The position numbers and the translations under genes were made by a program. From Octopus sinensis (taxonomy: Eukaryota): 64,000 nt of DNA. Below the pieces are notes generated by a model. The model had not been told where the DNA came from, did no database searches, and worked only from the letters and a program-made list of their open reading frames with translations. Positions 25,958 through 39,795 of this stretch are shown here, piece by piece; within the stretch, counting starts at the first letter, position 1; each line of letters begins with the position of its first letter. The stretch is taken from the NCBI RefSeq assembly GCF_006345805.1, contig NC_043009.1, forward strand, positions 19,220,001 through 19,284,000, written 5' to 3'.

Positions 25958-25990
25958 CTATAAAAAACAAAAAAAGAAAAGAAAAATATT
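25958..25990 (-). other. 3' splice acceptor immediately upstream of the DHCR7 start codon
   Basis: minus: tttttcttttctttttttgttttttatag|gccATG, a polypyrimidine tract plus AG 3 nt before ATG. Confidence 0.75.
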
Positions 25991-26065
25991 AGAAAAATTC
26001 ATACATGTGGGTGTTATATATGGGTGCTTATTGGTGCATCTATATATATAAAACTGAGAATATGT

Positions 26066-26460
26066 GTCTGTCTGTCTGTGTGAATCCCTAAAACTTAAGA
26101 ACTACACAACCAATTTCATTCAAATTTTACACATGCCTACTTAAGGTTCATGTAGTGTCATGGGCAAAAATTTTTTTTTACTTTTTGCCTAGGGCGAGCC
26201 CACAGCAATATCATATCTTCTCCACTATTTCAGTATTACATGTTAAAAGTGAAGCAAAAACATCTCTCTATTGTAATGTCAGATACTTTCACTTTAATAC
26301 TGAAACTATTATATAAGAGGGATGAACCATTAACAGTGGACATCCATTTTGCTAGAAGATCCGCTATGATCTTACATGCTACACCTCTGGTTTTCAATTC
26401 ATATTAATCAAATTAATATTCAATTTTTCACCCTTATTTTGAATTTAAATTTACATGTAT
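26066..26460. mobile_element. possible Helitron/DINE-like non-autonomous element fragment
   Basis: (TCTG)n start followed by aacttaagaactacacaaccaatttcattcaaattttacacatg, resembling such elements; no coding evidence. Confidence 0.3.
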
Positions 26461-26464
26461 ATCC

Positions 26465-26530
<66 letters not shown>

Positions 26531-26595
26531 AGAGAGAGAGAGAGAGAAAGAGACATGTATACATATAGGTGTATATATATAGATGTATATATAGA

Positions 26596-26641
<46 letters not shown>

Positions 26642-26818
26642 AATATATATACATGTATATATATATGTATGGATGTATATATATATATATATATATTATA
26701 TTAAATTAGAGACAAAACCACTATTAGGCAAATCAAACAATGAAAGACTTAAGCCAATACATATGATTAATTTATATTATTTAAATATGTAACAATTATT
26801 AAAAAATATAATTAATAT

Positions 26819-26881
26819 CCACTACGATCGTTTCCTGCCTGGTGTCTTTAAATTTTTGAGTCGCAGTCATTCATCAGGTGG
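26819..26881 (-). ncRNA. type-I hammerhead motif with degenerate stem II (GUA site)
   Basis: minus: CCAC-CTGATGA-atgactgc...ccaggcag-GAAA-C gatc G-TA-GTGG; host segment 26700-26917 lies between (TA)n tracts. Confidence 0.5.
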
Positions 26882-26915
26882 TTTCAAAATTTTTCTTGGC
26901 GAGTTTTAAACAATG

Positions 26916-26993
<78 letters not shown>

Positions 26994-27029
26994 CAACAGC
27001 AGCAACAGCAGCTACAACTACAACAGTAG

Positions 27030-30000
27030 CAGAGATGGCAACAACAACAACAACAACAACGACAGCAGCAACGACAACAACAACGACGGAACTGAGCAAC
27101 ACAAGCCGGTGCGGCGGCTTGGAATCACATAAGACTTTTTCCTTCGTTGGTGTCACCAAGTCATCTCCTCAGAGAATAAAATTCTCTGAAGAGGAAGTAA
27201 AAAATGCCAGACAACTAGTAGAAGGAGACGGGTTGGTTGTCAAGCTAAATACGCCCCTGGAAACAACACCCCAACCGCAATCCGTCGCACATACACAACG
27301 ACAACAGTCACTACCACCATCACCACCACAACAACAACAGCAACAGATTCAGAGTAAAGAGACTAGCATTATAAACTACATGGCAATAAGCACAAAAACG
27401 ATGAATTAATGAGGTACATAATAACACACAAACATAAGAGTTTTGCTACACACAAATAGTTCAAACAACTCAAAACACATACACAGACTTAAAAACGCAA
27501 TTCCCACAGGAAATCGGACAATTCTTGGAGATTTATGGTGGAAACATCCCAATCCAACAGGAGGGAGGGTCAAATCGCCCTTCCAAACAAAATCAAGTAA
27601 GCTTTTCTTTTCTTTTCCTGACAACATGGTCGTGCACAGAATAGTCAGCGTGAATGTACGTGGTCTGGGGCCACTTTGGAAGCGGGGCCATCTGCACAAC
27701 GACCTCAGGACACTGCATATCGATGTGGTGGCCATTAGTGAAACTAGAATTTCTGACTCACGGGACTTCCAACCCATTTTCGGTGATTATGAGGTGTATG
27801 CATCTCCAAGTCGTTCGGGAGCAGGAGAGGAGTCGCTTTGATGGTTTGGGAAAAAAATGTGATTCTTTCTGGATCCGAAAGGTACATCGGTGGTGCTGGA
27901 CATGACAGGTAGCGAAGGGCTAGTTGCCGTCTAGGCGCCAACAGGGGTAGGACGACTAGATTTCTTGTGACGTTTAGAAATGTTCTTGGGAAAGTCCCAC
28001 TCTTTAATGTTTGTGGAGGATTGGAATGGAGTTTTAGATGTAAGGTGGGACTGTGTGGGGAGGTAAGTGCAAAAACTGTCTGACAGGTATGGACTGGATT
28101 TCCCTGATGTGCCAGTGGGGACCTGGTCAAACCGCATCGGGTCATCCAGATCGTATCTAGATAGGGTATTTTGTAGAGTAGCAGATAAGGATTCCCATTC
28201 CTAAGTTGTCCGCAATTTAAAGGAGTCGACTACACAGACCACAAATTCGTTATCTGTACAGTCGACTTAGATAGGCTCCATAGACAGGGACCCGGTTACT
28301 GGAAGTTGAACCCGTCGTTGCCGGTAGGTAAGGATTTCAGAAATCGGATTAGTGAACTAGTTAAGCGGGCGTTGACGGGGTAATCACCAATAGTTATTAA
28401 TTTATTATAATAAATGGTGGTTCACTCTGAAGAGGGCGATTAGAACAGAATCAATAAGGTTTAGCAAAGGACTAGCAGTAGAAAGAAACAGAGTAGAGGC
28501 GGGGTTAGGCAGGAAGTTAGACGAGGCTTTTAGAAAAGGCATCGCGATCGACGTATTCGCACCGAGATTGTCACTTGACCAAATCTTCAACGCAAAACAC
28601 GATGGTTGGGTTGTCAGAGCTAAGGCCCGTACTCTAAGAGACGAAGGGACGAAAACCATTCAGTGGGCCTGAGTGGAAGAGGCACGGTGTGGAAATAAAT
28701 CCAAAATCCGATCTTTGCTGGACCACGACGAGCAAATGATAGCTGATCCGATACAGATGTGTGAGGGCTTTCAGCGGTGCTTCGCTTAACTGTTCGGGAG
28801 TAGCGGCGAGCCGAGTCGCATGATGAATTTTACGTCCTACCTCGACGGGCTGCCACTGCTCTCGGCGACGGAGGCGAGGGGCTGCGAAAGGCCAATAACT
28901 GCTTTTGAAATATGGGAGGCAATGGCTAGGTGCTTGGTTGGGGATAAATCGCGTGGTTTGGATGATCTGCTGAATGAGCTTTACGCTTACATGATCAGAC
29001 TTGTTCGGCGACCTCTTTGCAAACGTTTACCATAGAATAGAAGAATTCCCAGTTTGTGAGCCGAGTAGCAGTGGTGTTGCTGAGAAAAGACCCGAACAAG
29101 GGGGACTGTATAAACAACTTTAAGCCCATAATTCTGCTGAATGCAGAATTCAAAATTTTAGCCAAGGTATTAGCTACGATGTTGGCGCTTGTCGTCGTTG
29201 ACCTGATAGGGGAGGCAGGAACATGCGCCATCTGGAGAAGATCTATCTACAAAAACCTCCATTTCATAGAGAAAGTGGCTAAAGAACCTGGAACGGTTAA
29301 ATCAGTCTAAAGCTTTTGATAGGGTCGCCCATCTATACTTGGCAGTGGTCCTCAGGGCAGCAGGTTTCGGGCGTGTATTCAGGGACTGGATCGCTGCAAT
29401 GCACAGCGACATCTGTTCAGTGGTCAGAGTGAACGGTCACTTCTCAAAGCCCTTTAAAATCTCGGTCCCCTCTCGTCACTCTTGTACTCTCGAGCTACTA
29501 CTACACAAACTCGAGACGTTGAGAGGTATACCGCGTTATCTAGGATGTGGGAGATACGTATTAACAAATGTCAACAACGCCACTGTATTGGTGTTGGATC
29601 ATAAACATATGGAAATGATAGGCACCGCTCTCAGGGACTACGAGACGGTATCAGGAGCGACGGCACCAGGAAAAATCAGCCGGAAAAATCAGTGGGCTTG
29701 CGGCTCCGCACCTGGAGAAGCAAGTCCATGTCGTCCAACTGCGTCGTTGGGTGCTGGACGAACGGATCGGTTAAATGGCTCGGAGTATGGTTTGGTTTGG
29801 ATGAACTTCCAAATGAACAAAAACTAGGCTGAGGTAAAAAGCAGGGTTACTACTCTCACCCAGATATAGGCCGAGAGGAAGCTATCTATGAAAGGTCGAG
29901 AAGAGGTGGCTAAGGCGTACATCGTGTCCGTCATCTATAACCGCTTGAATGTCATACCTTGTCCCGGCCACAGTTTGATTACTTTGGAGTGTATACTCTT

Positions 30001-30950
30001 CCGCTTCTTGTGGAAGGGACGCGTCCCGATGGTCAGACGGTCTATCTGTTATCAACACCCGCTGCGTGGTGACCTGGGCATACCGTGGTTGATGATGCGC
30101 AGACATGCGCTGAGGCTACGACATCGCCAGTGCTTCCTTGACAGTGAACAGGTGTGGTCGCCGTTCGCCAGACGCGTATTTCCCCAGATAGTTTCTTTAA
30201 CGGAACTGCAGTCCTGGGTAAGACAGAGACCGAAAAAGGACAGGTGGAAAGGGGAATGTCTTCAAGTGCTCACAGCTCTCAACCTGGAACGTTCACTTCA
30301 GCTTTTTATAGAGAATTAGCGGAGGGAAAGTACGACGATGTTCTTGGGGAGACCTTGGCCGTCAAAAAAGATCAGCCAGCCGCTCTTTTCAGGAGAACTT
30401 TCGGCCCAGGACAGATGTATAATTTCTAAAACTTTCTGGCCTGGTAGTACTACCGGGGAGCTTTGCCTGTTCGAGATAAACTTTACTGGCACGGAAGTGC
30501 AGTCAGCCGAGCATGCGCGCAGGACGACGAGACGGTCCTATATGCACTCGTCGAGTGCCCGAGCATTACTGACCTGTGGGTTTATGGCGAACACCTGCTG
30601 TCCTATGTAGGATGGATCAGGCTGTCAACTGAGTCCATCCTGAAGATCACTTCGCAGCCCCACTTTAACCGCGAAGGGAAGGCTGTCTTTATGTGCCTGG
30701 TGGTCATGTCGAAAGAGGTTGTATGGTGGATGAGACTGAAGGAGCTGAAGACAAACACTTTTCTCTTTGGCCAATATCTAATCAAATTCTGCAAGTTTCA
30801 CTTGAAAAGGAAAATAGGGATAGAAAGAGAAGTGTTGTCTTATAGCCAGTTTGCTGAAAGGTGGATGAAAGTGGCGAGAATGGTGCATGTGAACGGGCTT
30901 GCCTTGAGCATACGCCTGTTGTTGGAGAAAAGGACAGAAAAGTCAGGTAC
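27030..30950 (+). mobile_element. near full-length decayed Tx1/L1-like retrotransposon (ORF1 tail, APE endonuclease, RT, C-terminal Cys/His region)
   Basis: IVSVNVRGLG..DVVAISET (APE), PIILLNAEFKILAKVLA and KAFDRV (RT), ETVLYALVECP; many stops and frameshifts. Confidence 0.9.
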
Positions 30951-31107
30951 CTATGGTTTTTATGGGGTTTTTCCATGAGTAGCCCTAGAAAGTCTTCTCC
31001 CTATTGAGGAATACACATTGTTGAATCTGTTTTTTTTTCCTTTGTTTACACGCAAAACCCTTACAACACACACACACACACTGATTTTTAGTGGTTAATA
31101 AAAAAAG

Positions 31108-31108
31108 A

Positions 31109-31154
<46 letters not shown>

Positions 31155-31179
31155 TATATTATTATTATTATTATTATTA

Positions 31180-31216
<37 letters not shown>

Positions 31217-31241
31217 GTTATTGTTATTGTTATTGCTGTTG

Positions 31242-31318
<77 letters not shown>
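31108..31318. repeat. long (ATT)n/(GTT)n microsatellite
   Basis: direct reading. Confidence 0.95.
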
Positions 31319-31319
<1 letters not shown>

Positions 31320-31377
31320 GTTGCGGAATATGTAAAACGTTTTTCCGAACAACAGTATCAATGCGAAGACGGACATG

Positions 31378-31459
<82 letters not shown>

Positions 31460-31639
31460 AGAGAGAGAGAGAAGAAATCAGAAATAAAATAACACTACGA
31501 CGGCGACTATTGACAAATGCGAAACAGAAACCACCAAAATAACAAAAAAGGTTATTAACGTAAAGTACACCGATAAAAAACAATTCACCAATCCTGAAAG
31601 GTTTCCGACGTGGCCAGCTTTAAAAAGAAATGCTTCTCC

Positions 31640-33940
31640 CGGAAAAAGCAAAAGATCTACCTCTCAAAAAGAACTGGCAGAATAAAAATACCGGGCACTC
31701 CGCCGGGTGTGAACGTCGGGTGGATGGTATCTTGCATGGTGAAACGGAGCAGCAGGGAAAACTGATTCGAGACAACCATTGAAATCCTGCTTCTTGTGAA
31801 GGTAGAAAACATAGAAAAAATTCCGGAACTTATACAGCTACCTAACGGGGTCGACATGCGTATTATAGTAGAAGGCAGAACGCCTAAGAACGACATCTGT
31901 GATGGCACAAACCACCCCAGAGCCTTCTGTCCCCCAAAAGACAGGAGGCACGAAGCTACTCCCACCACCCAAACAAAACCCTCAACAACAGCAACAACTA
32001 AGGCATTATGCCACACATGCAGCCTCAGGTGAAGCACAAAGACAATAGAGATAACCACCCAGGGTGTCTCCCAAGTCAACACAAAGAAAGCACACGCACA
32101 CACACACCAGTCAACCACAGAAACTCTCAGTTTCTTGCTGTTGAGGAGAGCTAACAAAAAGTTGATGGACCTCATAGCCGCAGATAAGAAAATTGAGAGA
32201 GGGAGTGCAATACACGACACCAGCACCTTTAGGGTTTCGGAAAGTTTGATGCTAGTACGGATGCCGCTGAAGACTTATACAGACGTTAGGGAGGCTTTCC
32301 CCAATTACGTGGGAAATCCGAATGTCAAAACTTCTAAGAAACTTTTGCAGGGTTTCTTAGGGAAACTGCGACAAGATCCGGAGCCCAGGTTACTGGGCCG
32401 CCAACAGCATCGGGAGGAAAAACTCCAATCAGATCCAGAGATCAAGTCAGCCGGCTGCCAACAGCTCCGGGAGAGTAAGCTTGCTTCTTTTCTTTCTCGC
32501 AACTCTTTCCGACCGGCATGGGATTGATTAGAGTGGCCTGGTGTCGCCCTGGAAGCAGGGGCGCCTGCTCAACGATCTCAGGTTACTATCTATGGATGTG
32601 ACAGTCGTCAGCGAAGCCAAGATTTTCGACACACATGATCTGGCCCCAATTTCCGACAATTTTAAGATCTACGCATCAATTAGCTGGCCTGGAATGAGGG
32701 ACGGGGTGGCAGTGCTGTTTAGGAAAGCCCTGGATCTCGAGGTACGGACGATCTTCCTGGGCACGGAAGCTAAGGTGGTATTCTAGATGTGAGTAACAGC
32801 GAAGGTGGTGCTTTTAGACTAGTCGCTGTGTACTCCCTAAATGGGGCGGAGTGGCCAGATTTCTTCAAGCGTTTGGAGGCTTTCCTTGGAACATTTCACT
32901 CTTTAGTTCTAGTAGGGGATTGGAACACCATTTTGGATGCACGCCTGGATAGGATGACGCTAGCCGATAGGAGAGGAGGTGCAAAAGCCTCACAAACCTG
33001 CTCAGTCGTTTCCATTTGGCTGACAGGTACTGACTTGATTTCCCGAATGCGCCGATGTGGACAGGGGAAAACAACATCGGGTCTTCCAAATTGTATTTAC
33101 ATAAGATATTCTGTAGGCCAGTAGATAGAAGTAGCATAGGCTATCCACAGTTCAAAGTCGTCGGCTACACAGACCACAAATTTGTGAACTGCACAGTCGA
33201 CCTAAAGAGGATCCATAGGCAGGACCCCAGGTACTGGGAGCTGAACGCGTCTTTTCCAGCGCGTCAAGCATTCAGAAACCAGGTTAGCAAGTTAGTCCAA
33301 CAGAGGTTGGTGGACGTAAACGTCAACAAGCGTTGGTGGATAGCCCTGAAAAGGGCTATAAGAGTAGAGGCAGCATTATTTAGTAAGGAAATAGCCTTAG
33401 AGGAATCTAAGATTGAGAGGGAGCTAGTTAAGAAGCTAGAAGAGGCGCTTAGGAGAGGCATTGCGACTGACGTGCTGGCGGCGAGATTGGCTCTTGATGA
33501 ATTCTTCAATGCTAAGCTCGATGGTTGCGTTGTCAGAGCTAGGGCGCATGCTCTAAAACATGAAGGCACGAAAGCCGTTCGATGGGATCGGGTGGTGGAT
33601 GTGCAATGTGGCAACAAAACCACAATTTGGTCTTTGGCAGGCCGGGACGAGCGTATGCTACGCGAATCCAAGCGGATATGTATGGAGTTTCAGCGGCACT
33701 CCATCGAACTGTTCAGAGAGCGCCATGTATCAGGGATGGAGGTGGATTTCACCTCCTACCTCGACGACATACCACACCTTTCGGAGTTCTGCGAAATGCC
33801 GATAACAAGACGCAATGACAAGCTGCACAAACAAGTTTCTGGGGCTGTATGGTCTGCCTTTCGAGCTTTATCTTCATATGCCAGACTTGTATGGTGATCT
33901 CTTGGCGGATGTCTACCCCAACAGGCAGCAGAACGGGAGA
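31640..33940 (+). mobile_element. second Tx1/L1-like copy, 5' half (ORF1 with zinc-knuckle remnant, APE, linker)
   Basis: EKIPELIQLPNGVDMRIIVEGR..ICDGTNHPRAFC; LVAVYSLNG, LVLVGDWNTILD, YTDHKFV. Confidence 0.85.
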
Positions 33941-33944
33941 ATAC

Positions 33945-34050
33945 CCGCCGAGATCGACTTTGCCTTTCATGCTTTCGGGATCGTACTACTTGAGCACTGA
34001 GTTCGATATAATCGACCTACCTCCTCCCCCTAAATTACTAGCCTTGTGCC
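33945..34050 (+). mobile_element. SINE body fragment
   Basis: cgccgagatcgactttgcctttcatgctttcgggatcg matches the SINE family at 38330-39517. Confidence 0.65.
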
Positions 34051-37000
34051 AAAATTTGAAACCATTATTACTGGTATATCTCATTACCCTTTAACAACAA
34101 TATTTGCTTTATCTTACAATTTCTGAAATTACACACTTTTTCAATGTCTGCCGAGGTTAGTTTCAATTTAAATACAATTAGAATTCTTAACATATTGTAT
34201 TTCATTGCCATCTTATTTCTATTCCTTCCTTCCTTCCTTTATCTTCTCTTTCCCTTGCCCTGTACGATCTTTGGGCACTCAATTTTACTACAACTATTAT
34301 CAGTTCTCTTCAATTTCTTTATATGTAAGTTTGAAAAAGTTATGCTCGCGTATATCTTTGGATCTATACAATGCTATAATATGAATCAATCAGTGTGCAG
34401 GATAATTGCATCTAAGGATGCTAAAACGATTGCACGTGTTGGCATCTTATATATTGTGATTTGTCAGGTTCTTGCATTAACCAAGTAGGAACGGAAACAC
34501 CACACAGAACGTCTAGGAATCTCTCATGCGGGGTCTCGTTAGTTGCCGTGCATAATAATGAATGTTGCGAATGTAAAACTTCTGGAAGCACAACTTCCCA
34601 TTGAGAAACTGATAAATTTCTGCTACATAAGACCAATTTATTCCATTGTACCTTTCACGTTGAGCATTTCCACGAGGATTGTACACAGTAGAATGAGTAA
34701 TCGCTATTCCCCTGTCATACAGAAATCGTTTAAGTTCTTTGGATACAAAACATTTGGCAGTATCACTATAAATAACAGCAGGAAATCCGAAAAGATTAAA
34801 CAAAACCTTCAAATTACTAATAACGGAATGAACACTAGTATCAGTACATGGAAGAATAAAAGAAAAATGTGAATGCTCATCCACAGCAGTTAAAAAATAA
34901 TGGTTGTTTGGCATTGAAGGTAGGGGTCCTTTAAAATCAAGATTCAATCTTTCAAAAGCTTGAGTAGATTTAATTCCTGATGAAACAGAGGTTTTAGTAA
35001 AGCGAGGCTTCACCACACAACATATTACACAATTGTTAGTTATACGCTCTACATCCTCTACTGAGCATGGTAAATTCTTAACTTTAAAATAATGAAACAA
35101 TCGTGTAATCCCAGGATGACACAGCACTGCATGAACACGGTACAGTTCATTTCAGTCGTAACTGCGCAATAAGTACGCGATAAAGCATCAGATGCAACAT
35201 TAAACTTGCTTTGGCAGTAAATGATATCAAATTTATACTGGGCTTGTTGGATTCGCTAACGCATTATCTTTTCATTTTTAGGTTTACTACGCTTTTGACA
35301 ATTAAACATAAAAGCCACGCTGTTTTGATCAGTTATTAGTGTGAAGTTACGTCCAAGAAGATGAGACCATTTTCTTACTGATTCTACAATCGCTGTCGCC
35401 TCTTTTTCAATACAAGAATAACGACGCTCATTTGGGTTAAGGGTTCTTGAAAAAAATGCAACTGGCTTTGTGTATAATGCCAGATATAGCTACCTCCGAT
35501 GTGTCTGTTTCTATTGAGAAAGGAAGGCTTTCATCAATCACTTTTAATCATCTCGTAAAGTTTTTAAACTTGACAAGGCTAGTTCACTCAAAGGAAAATA
35601 TTTGGTATCAACCAACGGTTTTATCTTGTCAGAGAATTTTGGAATCCATTTAGAATAATACACAAATAGACCAACAATTCGACTCAATGCTTTGTGGGTA
35701 CTAGGAATATGTAGTTCTAGTAAGGGTTTTACCCGGTCAGGGTCAGGTTTCAAGTTACCATTTTGAATTCCATAGCTAAGCATTCGAATACGTGTAGTGC
35801 TGTAAATGCATTTGGTATCATTAAGAGTTAAATTACAGTCCTTAACAACTTGAAGAAAATGTTTTAAATTTCGATCATGTTCTTCCTTCGATTTACCACA
35901 CACAGTAATGTTGCCGATATATGCAAAAGTAGCTCTACAATTATGGCTTTCGATTATATTATCGATCACTCTCTGGAAACAGAGCACTGCATAAGGTCGA
36001 TTTTCAACTGGAATCTCAACTTGGTGATACGCACTTTTGAGATCCAGTGTGCTAAAATAATTAAACTGAGTTATTTTTGTGACCATATCATGCATATTTG
36101 GCAGTGGATATCCATCTAATTGCGTAAGCTCATTTATAGTCTCACTATAATCAATATACAGTATCTTGCAATGATTTTTCCTGATATTACCAATACTGGG
36201 CTCGCCAGGGAGAAACACTGGGTTCAATTACCCCTTCTGCCAGATCTCGGCTTATAGTATCAGCAATAAAATTTTCATTATTGGCGGACTGTCTTCTTGA
36301 TTTCGTAACTATGGGTTTACAGTCAGAGTTTAAATTTTCAAACAACCTCGGTGTAATGTCACTTTTAATGCACTTTAGAGCTCCCAAATGTAACGGGGGT
36401 TTATCGCCGTCAAAGGTAATTTGTTCATGTTGATGTTGTTCTAAGAAATTTCGTCGTAAAATTATACAAACTAATTATCAAGTACCACCAGCTTTACTTG
36501 CTCGTAAATTCTTCCATGAAGTTCAGTTGAACTCAAACAATAACCGTCGCTTTGTGAACGATTTCCATTGACAGCCATGTTAATTTCATTCCTTTCAGAC
36601 TTCATCACCAATTTGTTTTTCTTTGCAAAGTCTTTGCTAATATGATTCATAGTAGAGCCGGTATCAAATAAATGCATTCGCGCCATCGACTGTTATTGTA
36701 TAATTAACTTTAGTAGTAGCTCCCTCTTGACATAAAGCCGTGGCGAATTTGCCATCATCAAGAGCTGCTGATGTCTTATCGAAATAAATTCTTACGGCTA
36801 TTTGACCGGCATTCTTTAGCAAAATGACCGAGATATCCACATTTGTAACACTTGCTCCGCCTAGCAGGACACTTAAACCTCGGATGAAATTCATTAGATC
36901 CGCAAAAGGAACGGGATCTTTTTGTCGCTGCACAAGCTGTGTTTCCGTCAGGAATTGAGATTTTGTCTTCTTCACGTGGAATAAACGTTGACAAACAGCT

Positions 37001-37459
37001 TCCCTGGCTGTTTATAGCAGACTCACTGCTATTATATACTTCGGAATTCCAATGAGCAACTTCCAGCGTACGGGCTTGGTTAAATATCGCTTCTAAAGTT
37101 ATCGCCGCATCTTGAATATTTTCTAAAGTCTAAGGCGAGTTGAAGATGACGTTAATCCCGAGATAAATGCGTCACGAACAGCTTCATTTTTGTGAGTCTC
37201 AGCGTCCACAGCTCTGTACCCGCAATCTTTAGATAGTCGTCAACTGATTGGCCTGGTTCTTGTTTGCATATCATTAAAAGGTGTCTCCCAAAAATAATGA
37301 TCAACGGTTTCACAAACAGTCTCTCCAGAGTTTGAATTGCTTCTGAGTAATTCTCACATTCACTTATGACTTCGTAAACGTCTTTGTCTACGTGCGCTAT
37401 TAAACACCTCAGTTTGCTTTCATCCGTGATTGGCCGTTCAGCAGGAAATGATTCTAAAA

Positions 37460-37839
<380 letters not shown>

Positions 37840-37841
<2 letters not shown>

Positions 37842-38135
37842 CTGTTTAAGCAATGTTCCAAAATAATGGCTCTAATTAACGTTTTTAAAACCAATGGATG
37901 TGTATGTGGATGATGAAAATCACTACTAGCTCTCACTGCGTGCGCAGTGAGAGCTAATAGTAATCTTCATAGAGGAGTGTGGCGAGTGACATCGCTGTAT
38001 TTACTTCGAAAGTTGTGAAATTTGTGTTTTTGTGATCACGTGTATGCTGTAGTCTGCGATTTTGTCATCAGGAAGCTGGAAAAAAGAGCCAACGTGAAAT
38101 TTTGCGATAAACTTGGAGAATCTTGAAGAATGATT
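37840..38135 (+). mobile_element. mariner-like transposon 5' remnant
   Basis: internal palindrome tagctctcactgcg-tg-cgcagtgagagcta and gccaacgtgaaattttgcgataaacttgga (ANVKFCDKLG, mariner transposase N-terminus-like). Confidence 0.65.
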
Positions 38136-38329
38136 ATATCTTGGCAACGGAATTTGCTAAGTTCAGAAAATATTAAGATTTGTTGCTTGAAATCGAAAAG
38201 ACGTGGCGTCTCAAGACGGTTACAATAGCAGTGATTGTTAAAGCACTTCACTTGGCAAGAAATGGAAACGAAATTGAAAGAAGATAATGATAATAATATT
38301 TGCTTCAAAATTTTTCCACAAGGGTTCAA

Positions 38330-39517
38330 CAGGTACTTATTTCATCGACAACCAAAGGATGAAAGGCAAAGTCGACCTCGGCGGAATTTGAACTCAGAAC
38401 ATAGCGACAGGCAAAATGCCGCTATGCATTTCGTCCAACGCACTTACGATTCTGCCAGTTCACTGCCTTAATAATCCTTTCTACTAAAGGCTCGAGGCCT
38501 GAAATGATAGGGGAGTAGATTAAGTCGATTACATCGACCCAGTGGATCACTGGTACTTATTTTATCGACCCCGAAAAGATGAAAAGCAAAGTCGACCTCG
38601 GCGCAATTTGAAATCAGAACGTAACGGCAGGCGATACTGCTAAGCATTTCGCCCGGCGTGCTAACGTTTCTGCCAGCTCACCGCCTTTAAAGCCTAAGTC
38701 GACCTCGGTGAAATTTGAACTCAGAACGTAAAGACAGACGAAATACCTATTTTTTTACTACCCACAGAGAGGACAAACAAGGTCACACAAACGGATTAAG
38801 TCGATTATATCGACCCCAGTGCGTAACTGGTACTTATTTAATCGACCCCAAAAGGATGAAAGGCAAAGTCGACCTCGGCGGAATTTGAACTCAGAACGTA
38901 ACGGCAGATGAAATACCTATTTCTTTACTACCCACAAGGGACCAAACACAGAGGGGGCAAACAAGGGCAGACGAACGGATTAAGTCGATTACATCGACCC
39001 CAGTGCGTAACTGGTGCTTAATTTATCGACCCCGAAAAGATGAAAGGCAAGTCGAACTCGGCGGAATTTGAACTCAGAACGCAGCGGCGGACGAAATACC
39101 TATTTCTTTATTACGCACAAGGGGCTAAACATAGAGGGGTCAAACCGGTACAGACAAAGGGATTAAGTTGGTTATATTGACCCCAGTGCGTAACTGGTGC
39201 TTAATTTATCGACCCCGAAAGGATGAAAGGCAAAGTCGAACTCGGCGGAATTTGAACTCAGAACGCAGCGGCGGACGAAATACCTATTTCTTTATTACCC
39301 ACAAGGGGCTAAATATAGAGAGGACAAACAAGGACAGACACAGGTATTAAGTCGATTACATCGACCCCAGTGCGGACTGGTACTTAATTAATCGACCCCG
39401 AAAGGATGAAAGGCAAAGTCAACTTCGGCGGAATTTGAACTCACAACGTAACGACAGACGAAATACCGCTAAGCATTTCATCCGGCGTGCTAACGTTTCT
39501 CCCAGCTCGTCACTTTA
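38330..39517 (-). mobile_element. cluster of tRNA-derived SINEs, including one head followed by ~4 tandem ~175 bp body repeats
   Basis: heads gagctgg(c/g)agaaacgttagcac at ~39505 and ~38680; repeated ttctgagttcaaattccgccgaggtcgactttgcctttcatcc bodies. Confidence 0.85.
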
Positions 39518-39795
39518 ACAACAACAACAATAATACAGTCAAGACGAAGAGCACGATTCGATTGTAAGATATTTTTTTAGTTGAACGATATTTCAACAGT
39601 ACGTCGGTCTTTGTCAAGTTCAAAATTACAGAAATTTAAACGTAAAGTATGAACGAGAGCAACCAGCGTCCACACGTTGATGGAATGACATCATCAGTTT
39701 TTAAGTTACAATTTTATAACAGGCGAAAAGAAAAAGACTGAAAAAAAACAGAAAAAAGGAGACGACAGAAAAAAAAGGAAAGAAAAAGAAGAATA

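Noticed and set aside
34140-34400. 3' LTR of the Gypsy element
   Set aside because: No TG..CA boundaries, PPT or second copy could be identified.
38330-39517. Repeat-spacer-like pattern resembling a CRISPR array
   Set aside because: Units are ~175-bp SINE bodies with homologous, not unique, spacers; eukaryotic context; no cas genes.
39560-39700. CTGATGATG downstream of the Penelope GIY-YIG ORF
   Set aside because: Position is suggestive, but the following GAAAT..TTC lacks a pairing stem I; not supportable by eye.
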